In this document: one piece after another, positions 57,238 to 64,000 of the stretch
Numbering within the stretch: position 1 is the first letter of the stretch
How the letters are laid out: every line of letters begins with the position of its first letter
NCBI GenBank assembly: GCA_030765185.1
Contig: JAVCDE010000033.1
Location: forward strand, 74,957 to 138,956
Direction of reading: 5' to 3'
DNA from: Candidatus Aceula meridiana
GTDB taxonomy: Bacteria; Omnitrophota; Gorgyraeia; Zapsychrales; Aceulaceae
Length of the DNA: 64,000 nucleotides
Notes under the pieces: generated by a model
What the model was told of the DNA's origin: nothing
Database searches by the model: none
What the model saw: the letters and a program-made list of their open reading frames with translations, nothing else
Made by a program: the position numbers and the translations under genes

Positions 57238-58518
57238 TTAAAAATCCTTTTTATATTTTAAATAAACCTTATCGTCAACTCCGGATTGATTATTCCCGCC
57301 AGTGGAATTTTCACTCGCTTCTTTCCCCTTTAATTCTTTTTCAGCCCCTACGGAGAATTCCTGGGTTATTTTGTACTCCCCTAGCACCTTTTGCTTAAGC
57401 ACAGTATTTTCCTCTTGCCCTGTCTGTTGTTCGATGCCATAGCCTGCCGTCCACTTATCAGACAAATTTTTCTTAGCTTCAAAACCTTTTTTATCTTTCT
57501 CATATGTGACGGCAAAATCACTAATGCCAAAATAACTCGCAAGGGCATCAGACCCCTGGGCAAACAAAATATAATCTACAAAATCTTTAGTGACGCCATC
57601 GGAGACTTGGCCTTTGCCGATAGACCCTTCAAGGCCTTTCCATCTTTTTCCGGTTGCCAGCATAACCATCAATTGTTCTTTGGGAAGCGAAGGCTCAGAA
57701 GACAGCTTCAAGTCCGGGATTTTCAAAGTCCCGGTTAAAGCCACTTTAATTTTTACATTCTCAACTGTTGCGCGACCAAAAAGGCGAAACCCAGGATTTT
57801 CGAAATCTCCAGAAAATAAAATTTGGCTCTCTTCAATTTGCACAGTTGTACGCGGGCCGCGGATGCGTCCGCTTTCAATAATAATTTTCCCAAAAGGCTT
57901 TATTTTACCTAAAAGATCTTTTACTTTTAAGTCAATTTTGCCAGGACAATTTGACAATACGATGTTTTGATATAAAGCATTCTCGATAATAAAACTTCCC
58001 TCTATCTGCGGCTCGTCAAAGCTTCCCTTGATGTAAATGTCCATCTCATCAACAGCACCGGAGAGTCCCACTTTCTTTATATCTTTAAAATAATCAGCCA
58101 GCTCATTAAGGAAAAAACCCCTTGAATAAAAATTAAAATCTAAAATTCCCTTATCAAAAGAACCAAATACAAGAATAGGTTCAGACCCCGCCAAAAGAAG
58201 CCGCGCATTGTCGATTTTTAGAGTTACCCCGTGGAGAATGTTAAAAGATGATAAGCGGAAAAATAATGATTGAACTTTTAAAGAGCTACCTTCGGGAAAG
58301 CCTTTAAGGTTGTTAAGTTCGATGCTATTAAGATGAACGCCTTCTGAAAGATTTCCTGTTAAAGCCTGATATCCGGTATCGTCAGAATTTGCATACAAGT
58401 CCATGGCTCTGTTAGTTGCAAATTTTCCCCCGCTTGAAGTAAACAGAGTCCAGCTTACAAAACCGATGATTGCAATTAAAACAAGGAAGAGGATGAAAAA
58501 CAACTTTTTTATCTTCAT
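57238..58518 (-). CDS. Hypothetical N-terminally anchored protein, AsmA/TamB-like by architecture
   Basis: 426 aa. One N-terminal TM helix, then a long beta-rich region with repetitive G/hydrophobic patterning. No catalytic motif. Assignment is weak. Confidence 0.35.
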   Translation of the reverse strand: MKIKKLFFILFLVLIAIIGFVSWTLFTSSGGKFATNRAMDLYANSDDTGYQALTGNLSEGVHLNSIELNNLKGFPEGSSLKVQSLFFRLSSFNILHGVTLKIDNARLLLAGSEPILVFGSFDKGILDFNFYSRGFFLNELADYFKDIKKVGLSGAVDEMDIYIKGSFDEPQIEGSFIIENALYQNIVLSNCPGKIDLKVKDLLGKIKPFGKIIIESGRIRGPRTTVQIEESQILFSGDFENPGFRLFGRATVENVKIKVALTGTLKIPDLKLSSEPSLPKEQLMVMLATGKRWKGLEGSIGKGQVSDGVTKDFVDYILFAQGSDALASYFGISDFAVTYEKDKKGFEAKKNLSDKWTAGYGIEQQTGQEENTVLKQKVLGEYKITQEFSVGAEKELKGKEASENSTGGNNQSGVDDKVYLKYKKDF

Positions 58519-59144
58519 TCCTCTGAAAACAACCTTTCCAACTCTCCTTTAGCTTTATACAAAGAATTTTGAATGGCGCCTTGGTCCTGTCCAAGAATCT
58601 CATTGCGGCTTTTTTCAAAAAGGGCAAGGCATGCCTCATTTTTCATTAAGTTTTCCAAGGAATCCAATACAAGATTTTTTTTAAAAAAAGCCACAAAGTC
58701 TAAAAAAGATTTTTTAGATAAAGCCGTTCTTAAAAAATCTTCCATCTGCGTGCTATTTCTCATTTGGCGAGGACCGCTCAGCAAAAGCGTAAAGGCCGTT
58801 GATTGTGCATCAAAAATAACATTATGGAGGTTTTGAGATCCGGCCATTGCGACTGCCCGTGTCCTACCCAAATCGTCTTTGACTGTCAGCTTTTGTGGCC
58901 GCTCGCTTAAGAGAATGTTAGCCGAAAAACCACCTTCTGAGTCAATCCAGGCTTTTTCCCCACTGTTCCATATCGAAAAAACATAAAGCCCTTTTCCACC
59001 GATTTCCTGGATGTTCACTTTCCCCTTAGCAAGGACAAAGCCAAAATCATTCTGAGCTACTGCCAAGGCTGGAAAAAGAATAAAGAAGCTTAATGCGATT
59101 AACAGAAATAATTTTAATTTTTTCATTTTCTTTTCTTCGCCCAA
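58515..59144 (-). CDS. Hypothetical secreted protein
   Basis: 209 aa. Signal peptide (…FILFPALAVAQ). No recognised domain. A 4-nt overlap with the downstream gene indicates an operon. Confidence 0.35.
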   Translation of the reverse strand: MGEEKKMKKLKLFLLIALSFFILFPALAVAQNDFGFVLAKGKVNIQEIGGKGLYVFSIWNSGEKAWIDSEGGFSANILLSERPQKLTVKDDLGRTRAVAMAGSQNLHNVIFDAQSTAFTLLLSGPRQMRNSTQMEDFLRTALSKKSFLDFVAFFKKNLVLDSLENLMKNEACLALFEKSRNEILGQDQGAIQNSLYKAKGELERLFSEE

Positions 59145-59226
59145 TTTTTATAAAGTATTGTATTATACCTTTTAAAATAAAAATTTAAAGAAAGATTAAA
59201 TAAAACCGAGAGGGATTTCTTTACTC

Positions 59227-60249
59227 TTACCGTGACAACTGCCAAAGAAGATCCTGAGGCGTCCCCAAGCCCCTAAGTTCAACAGACGCATCTTTTAAGA
59301 ATATTTTGTATCTCTTGGCCTTTGTTCGATTCGCAGGATCATTGATTGCGGTTGATACAATTTTCGATACGGCAAACTCTACAACCTCATCAGGAACTCC
59401 GCTTGACGTCTCACTTTTCGTGCTCATATCGCACTGATCATTAACATAATCAATGGCGAGAAACCGGCGTTTCCCTTCTTTTTGATCAATAGCAATTTCT
59501 GTGGAAAACCAAACCATTTTTGTAAACGAAGCGATCTTGGCAACCATTTTTACCAATTTATAAAGCCCAAGTTCGTTAAAATCTTCGTAAGAAACATGTT
59601 CATAGAGGTTTTCTGTATCATCCCACCAGCAGGGGATGATTGTATCAAAGCAATGAATAACCCGAAACCAGGCCTTTTTATCCTTTAGCCTTAAGGGGAC
59701 AATTTTTTCCTGAAGCAAGAAATTATCGCCTCGATCGTAGTTTCTTGCTTGAGCTATTTCGCGTATCGTTCCTTTGGCGTCACGGATAACGCCGAGCTGG
59801 CCGTATCCACAGCCTGGCTTAATAATAAACGGCACACCTAGCCGTTGCCTCTCTTCTTCTTTTAATCTAAAAACCAATGGCTCCCAATTGCGCACGACAA
59901 TAGTATACGGAGTAAGAATGCCGGCATCCATCAACTCAAAATGAACCATGGCTTTATCAACAGCTACCCGAGCCCTATCCGGGTCGTTGATCACTGCTCC
60001 GCCGGCATCTTTAACGGCATAACAAACCCTTGCGTAAGGGTCCTTGGGCAAATTATAAGTTGCCTGGTAGTCGAGCATAACTCTAATTTTTAAAATATGG
60101 GATTCAAGCTCTTTAAGCACGTCTTTTACGTTTCTATCGGTAATACCTACAAAGCTAAGATTATTCTTTTTGCATTCTTCGTTAAGTAGAAAAATAAATC
60201 TGTCATCGCCCTCATTGTTCCAGTTAAGAGCAAAATCATAAGTTTTCAT
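59227..60249 (-). CDS. ATP-grasp domain protein (RimK/GshB-like ligase; substrate unknown)
   Basis: 340 aa. ATP-grasp core …GVPFIIKPGCGYGQLGVIRDAKG…QEKIVPL… It lacks an N-terminal pre-ATP-grasp domain. Confidence 0.55.
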   Translation of the reverse strand: MKTYDFALNWNNEGDDRFIFLLNEECKKNNLSFVGITDRNVKDVLKELESHILKIRVMLDYQATYNLPKDPYARVCYAVKDAGGAVINDPDRARVAVDKAMVHFELMDAGILTPYTIVVRNWEPLVFRLKEEERQRLGVPFIIKPGCGYGQLGVIRDAKGTIREIAQARNYDRGDNFLLQEKIVPLRLKDKKAWFRVIHCFDTIIPCWWDDTENLYEHVSYEDFNELGLYKLVKMVAKIASFTKMVWFSTEIAIDQKEGKRRFLAIDYVNDQCDMSTKSETSSGVPDEVVEFAVSKIVSTAINDPANRTKAKRYKIFLKDASVELRGLGTPQDLLWQLSR

Positions 60250-61172
60250 AATGCTGTGACCGCACTTTCTGTGATTTCAATATTTGGAAAATCCGAATCG
60301 ATTGCTATGTTTATCCCAAAAGGAAGCAAAAGATGCGATTGAGCAATATCAGACGTATGCCCTGATGGAAAATTGTATAAGATCGGGTAGATGCTGTCCT
60401 CAAAAAACTCTTTGATAACTTGGATAAACTCCCCCTCGCTATCAAAACAATTTGTCATGCGCCCCCAGATCATTCCTCGAATTTTATCTAGTTTCTTATT
60501 TGCTTTCAACCTATTTAATCCCGATACAATTACATCAGCAGACTCGCTGATTTCTTCTAAAAATAATATTTTATTTTCAGTATCAATTTCATAGGGAGTC
60601 CCTATCGACTCTAAAATAAGCGAGAGGTTTCCCCCGACAAGCGGCCCGGACGCCTTTCCTGTGCGAAGAACCCTTAAATGCTTAGACACGGTTTTACCAA
60701 AAGGCTTGTCACTTCCTAAAAGACGGTTAAAAGAATCGATTGTCTCAGGATTCATGCCTTTAAAAAATTCTCCTGAGACAACAGGCCCATGAAAAACAAC
60801 CATATCCGCTGCCCAATGAAGAAAAAGCAGCAGAATGGTAATATCACTGTAGCCTATGAAAATTTTGGGGTTTTTCTTAATGACTTCAAGGTCAACAAAC
60901 GAAATAATCTCTTGAGAACCATATCCGCCTTTTGCGCAAAGAATCACTTTAATTTCCGGATCAGCAAACATGCGGTTTATTTGCTTACCTCGCTGCTTGT
61001 TATGACCCGTCTTTGACCAGCATTTATTAAAAATACTTTTTTCGTATTTAACCTTATACCCTAAGGCTCTGAGGACTTTGATTCCCTTTTTAAAATTCTC
61101 TTTGTCGAAAGAACTCGCAGGGGCCACAATCCCGATAGTATCCCCAGATTGAAGTTTTGCTGGCTTTTTCAT
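60246..61172 (-). CDS. LD-carboxypeptidase (peptidase S66; LdcA/MccF family)
   Basis: 308 aa. N-terminal …LQSGDTIGIVAPASS… and the Ser/Glu/His catalytic-region layout of the S66 family. Confidence 0.8.
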   Translation of the reverse strand: MKKPAKLQSGDTIGIVAPASSFDKENFKKGIKVLRALGYKVKYEKSIFNKCWSKTGHNKQRGKQINRMFADPEIKVILCAKGGYGSQEIISFVDLEVIKKNPKIFIGYSDITILLLFLHWAADMVVFHGPVVSGEFFKGMNPETIDSFNRLLGSDKPFGKTVSKHLRVLRTGKASGPLVGGNLSLILESIGTPYEIDTENKILFLEEISESADVIVSGLNRLKANKKLDKIRGMIWGRMTNCFDSEGEFIQVIKEFFEDSIYPILYNFPSGHTSDIAQSHLLLPFGINIAIDSDFPNIEITESAVTAL

Positions 61173-61363
61173 AAATGAAAATATTCCTCTCTTTAAAATA
61201 TATGTTATTTTATCATACGGCTGAAATAAATTCTAAAAATTAAATAAGATTTAATTTTATGTCGCTTTAAGCGATATAAAATTGTTAATCACATTTGCCC
61301 TAGAAGTGTTTTTCAACGACGCGGGACTTTGCCGTTCGAATCCTTGGCGAAAGGTTTCCTCTC

Positions 61364-61419
61364 CTAACTCATTGCTATAAAACAAAAAGGCACACAGCCT
61401 TATGAGCTATATGCCAAAT
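61364..61419. repeat. Dispersed intergenic repeat, copy B
   Basis: CTAACTCATTGCTATAAAACAAAAAGGCACACAGCCTTATGAGCTATATGCCAAAT. About 85% identical to copy A. It is immediately followed by TTTGTGCCAAG. Confidence 0.7.
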
Positions 61420-61812
61420 TTGTGCCAAGAACTGCGCCAATAAGCTACCCTTTACCTCCTCAAGAACCCCCACCTTGTTCATCTCCTCCTTCTGAAAATC
61501 ATACTAAAATATCTTGCTTCATCGTGCATGTGCCCGATACTTTTTCACCCCTGTGGCCTGAAAAGCTACAGCTATCTCCTTCGCGCTTTGCGCTACAATC
61601 CTTAAGAACCTCCTGAGGCGACCCGCCCCTTCCTTGGCAAAAAGTTTGTGCCAGGTATTCTAACCTTTAATTCATGAAAGTGTTGGTGATTTGAAAAATA
61701 ATTACAATCACCTGCCCATTCGCTCTTCATGATTATGGCATTATGACTTGACGTTTCGCTCCTTTACCGCTATTAATAATAAAATAAACAATGATTTTAT
61801 CTTTTAAAAAAT

Positions 61813-62856
61813 ATGAAAACTACAATACAAAATCAAGAGGATGATAAATTGACCCTCATCCGAGAATTTCCCAAAAAAGCATGGGGCATCGGCGCGCTAC
61901 TAACCACTTCTCTTGCTTGCAATATTACCGCATTGCTGGTTCCCTTTATGAACGTAAAAACTTTCTTACACCACCAGCAGTTTTACAGCCTTCCAAACTC
62001 CGTGCACTTAATGATTGAATCTAAGCTATATATCATCGCAGCCCTTATTGTGGCCTTTTCGATGGTATTTCCATTTGTTAAACTAGCCCTGCTAACGGTA
62101 ATTCTCTTCTTTCTCCCTAAGCCCACAATAAGAAAACGATGGCTTAAACGGCTTCGCCCGTTAGGAAAATGGTCATTCTTAGATATCTTTGTTGTTAGCA
62201 TTATTTTAATTTTAACAAACGCCCAATTTTTTATTAGCGCTAAACCGCTAATCGGAATATATTTTTTTATATTCGCAATTGCCCTAAGCATGCTGTCCGC
62301 CTCTGCCATGGAACATCTCGTTGAGCGCCCGCCTATCATAACCAATACCGAAAACCGTACTTCGTTAGCGCAAATACAATCACCCGAACGCTTGCTTGTG
62401 CCCCTTCTGTGGGGCCTATCCTTGATTATATTTTGTGTGGCGGTGGAATCATCATTTATCAAAGTTAATCAATTTATGCTTGCTAAGCACGCCTATAGCA
62501 TCCTTGGCGCGGTAACAAGCTTGTGGAACAACCACAATTATGCAATAGGGACAGTATTAGCTATCGCCTTAATAGGGATGCCGCTTTTAAGTTTTTTTCT
62601 CTTTGCTTTTATTTGGATTAAACCCCTTAATCGTAGGCAACGGTGGTGCTGGCATCAGCATCTTAAGACATTGACAAGCTTGAGCATGCTCGATGTCTTT
62701 GGCTTAGCCCTTTTTGTTTTCCTATTTGAAGGACAAGACCTCGTTAAGACTGAAATTAAAGCAGGACTTTTTTTCCTTATTGTCAGTGTCGCAATCACTT
62801 TCCTAGCATTTTTAGTGCTGACGAAAATCAGTCAAAAATATTTAGACTGGGACTAA
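61813..62856 (+). CDS. PqiA-family integral membrane protein (paraquat-inducible protein A-like; two internal repeats)
   Basis: 347 aa. Two repeated units each end in a W/L-S-(F/M)-LD-(I/V)-F motif (KWSFLDIFVV and LSMLDVFGLA), as in PqiA/YebS. Confidence 0.5.
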   Translation: MKTTIQNQEDDKLTLIREFPKKAWGIGALLTTSLACNITALLVPFMNVKTFLHHQQFYSLPNSVHLMIESKLYIIAALIVAFSMVFPFVKLALLTVILFFLPKPTIRKRWLKRLRPLGKWSFLDIFVVSIILILTNAQFFISAKPLIGIYFFIFAIALSMLSASAMEHLVERPPIITNTENRTSLAQIQSPERLLVPLLWGLSLIIFCVAVESSFIKVNQFMLAKHAYSILGAVTSLWNNHNYAIGTVLAIALIGMPLLSFFLFAFIWIKPLNRRQRWCWHQHLKTLTSLSMLDVFGLALFVFLFEGQDLVKTEIKAGLFFLIVSVAITFLAFLVLTKISQKYLDWD

Positions 62857-62996
62857 GGGAGAGATTTTCCAAATGTTTTTTGTGCCAGGGGTCTCAAGGC
62901 TGATGCCAGGCGTGAAACACCATAGTATCAATGAGCCAGTTTAAGAACAAACTTCTAACGAATATTTATACTTTAGCATTTGTGCCAACTTCTCAT

Positions 62997-63036
62997 ACAA
63001 AAGGCGCTTACCCTAAAAAGAGTAAGCGCCTTGTAC
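62997..63036 (-). terminator. Rho-independent terminator downstream of the tRNA-Val/tRNA-Asp pair
   Basis: Perfect 11-bp stem AAGGCGCTTAC/GTAAGCGCCTT with a 10-nt loop. On the minus strand it is followed by TTTTGTATG. Confidence 0.7.
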
Positions 63037-63040
63037 TATA

Positions 63041-63118
63041 TGGCGGACCCGACGAGATTCGAACTCGCGATCTTCAGATCGACAATCTGACATGTTAACC
63101 AAGCTACACCACGGATCC
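63041..63118 (-). tRNA. tRNA-Asp (anticodon GTC)
   Basis: Minus-strand GGATCCGTGGTGTAGCTTGGTTAACATGTCAGATTGTCGATCTGAAGATCGCGAGTTCGAATCTCGTCGGGTCCGCCA. The cloverleaf folds by hand: 7-bp acceptor, anticodon loop TTGTCGA, T-loop TTCGAAT, G73, encoded CCA. Confidence 0.85.
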
Positions 63119-63149
63119 ATATATTTCAAAAAGAACAATAATTGCAAAA

Positions 63150-63226
63150 TGGTGGGCAATGGAGGACTCGAACCCCCGACCCTCTGAATGTAAATCAGAT
63201 GCTCTAACCAACTGAGCTAATCGCCC
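63150..63226 (-). tRNA. tRNA-Val (anticodon TAC)
   Basis: Minus-strand GGGCGATTAGCTCAGTTGGTTAGAGCATCTGATTTACATTCAGAGGGTCGGGGGTTCGAGTCCTCCATTGCCCACCA. Canonical D-arm TAGCTCAGTTGGTTAGAGC, anticodon loop TTTACAT, encoded CCA. Confidence 0.85.
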
Positions 63227-63263
63227 AATAGAAAACGTATATTACAATAAAAAGAAATCTCTG

Positions 63264-63719
63264 TCAACCGACGATTTTGCCAATAGCCATCATTGTAAAG
63301 ACCATAACAAAAAGCGCTACTGTCTCAATAATTCCTAAAACAATAAGATAATTTCCAAAGCCTTTTCCGGTCTCTCCCATTGCATCAGCTGCAGCTGCAC
63401 CGGCTTTTCCCTGCATCCAAGCAGACATTCCCATGGCCATACCACTAAAAATACCGGCTCCCCATAGGTAGCTTCCCTGTTGCACAGCAGCTACAATATT
63501 GTTCATAACAATCATGCCGTAAATAGTTTGAGAAAGCGGCGCGCCAACAAAAACAGTTAGAATAAAAGGCGCAGCCTTGCTTTGAGCAAAACATTTTTTC
63601 CAGGCGCCTACGGCAGCCATGCCAGCAGCACCGGTTCCCAGGGCGGAGCCTACAGCAGCCAAAGCTAATGCCGCAGCAGCCCCTAAATCTTGAAATTGCG
63701 CAAGAACACTATTTTCCAT
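63264..63719 (-). CDS. ntpK: V-type (A/V-type) ATPase proteolipid subunit K
   Basis: 151 aa. Two Ala/Gly-rich helical hairpins with the conserved carboxylate in GIIETVALF. Confidence 0.8.
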   Translation of the reverse strand: MENSVLAQFQDLGAAAALALAAVGSALGTGAAGMAAVGAWKKCFAQSKAAPFILTVFVGAPLSQTIYGMIVMNNIVAAVQQGSYLWGAGIFSGMAMGMSAWMQGKAGAAAADAMGETGKGFGNYLIVLGIIETVALFVMVFTMMAIGKIVG

Positions 63720-63734
63720 TTCTTCCTCCCTTAA

Positions 63735-64000
63735 TTATGCCTTTTTTGTTTTTTTAAACGGATTATACGCTATCCCTGACCACTCCATATTAAGATGGCT
63801 TGAAAATTCTAAAACATTTAATCGTATGCCATGGACCAAGATTGCCATAGCGCCTAAAGTGATATTAAGAAGATGTCCAAGAACTAAAATAAGCGCTGTC
63901 GCAAGTCCTGTTGCAACATTGCCAAAACCAATTTCTAAAGCCATCTGATTAAAAGCGTCAGCAACAGCCACAGTTGCTAGCCCTACGGCAAACAAACGAA
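63735..64000 (-). CDS. ntpI: V-type ATPase subunit I (a-subunit), C-terminal part; the gene continues beyond the window end
   Basis: The visible 86-aa C-terminus (…HGIRLNVLEFSSHLNMEWSGIAYNPF…) matches the conserved C-terminal helix region of subunit I. The ORF is open at the window edge. Confidence 0.55.
   Translation of the reverse strand, partial: RLFAVGLATVAVADAFNQMALEIGFGNVATGLATALILVLGHLLNITLGAMAILVHGIRLNVLEFSSHLNMEWSGIAYNPFKKTKKA

Noticed and set aside
1-64000. Scan for CRISPR arrays, integrases/transposases, restriction-modification, toxin-antitoxin pairs or phage genes as markers of a mobile/defence island.
   Set aside because: No regularly spaced direct repeats and no recombinase-, nuclease- or methyltransferase-like ORFs were recognised. 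The accessory-looking content here is metabolic and ion-homeostasis related instead.

Overview
This is a 64-kb window of an AT-rich bacterial chromosome with about 60 genes and a strong strand bias: 55 of them lie on the minus strand, many with 1-13 nt overlaps that suggest long translationally coupled operons. Most of the content is housekeeping or central metabolism (mnmE, folC, purH, an unlisted rpsU, era, nth, pabB/pabC, aminotransferases, tRNA-Asp and tRNA-Val, and the V-type ATPase subunits K and I at the right edge). Three themes stand out. (1) A 16-kb carbohydrate block at 40.0-56.6 kb encodes a complete GlgE-type alpha-glucan plus trehalose pathway: malQ, treY, a long GH57 protein, treZ, glgB, a fused treS-maltokinase and glgE, with a TetR regulator at its upstream end. 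A GH94 phosphorylase and a sugar-binding lipoprotein sit at the left edge. (2) There are unusually many divalent-cation and Mg2+ homeostasis genes: NRAMP coupled to a pore-less MgtE-sensor-domain protein, CorA, MscS, two tandem CNNM/CorC (DUF21) paralogues, an RCK_C channel-like protein and MgtC. (3) Several gene pairs and non-coding elements are not explained by standard annotation. These are a KamA-family lysine 2,3-aminomutase operonic with a Ddl-like ATP-grasp ligase; a second ATP-grasp next to an S66 LD-carboxypeptidase and secreted or AsmA-like proteins; a ~56-nt dispersed intergenic repeat with a recurring TGTGCCA(A/G)G motif; and a 338-nt structured intergenic region with crossing inverted repeats. 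No CRISPR array, integrase, transposase or rRNA gene was seen. The likeliest candidate for something undescribed is the soluble MgtE-sensor/NRAMP pair, followed by the two ATP-grasp-containing pairs. All functional calls rest on motif and family recognition by eye from the translations, not on database searches.
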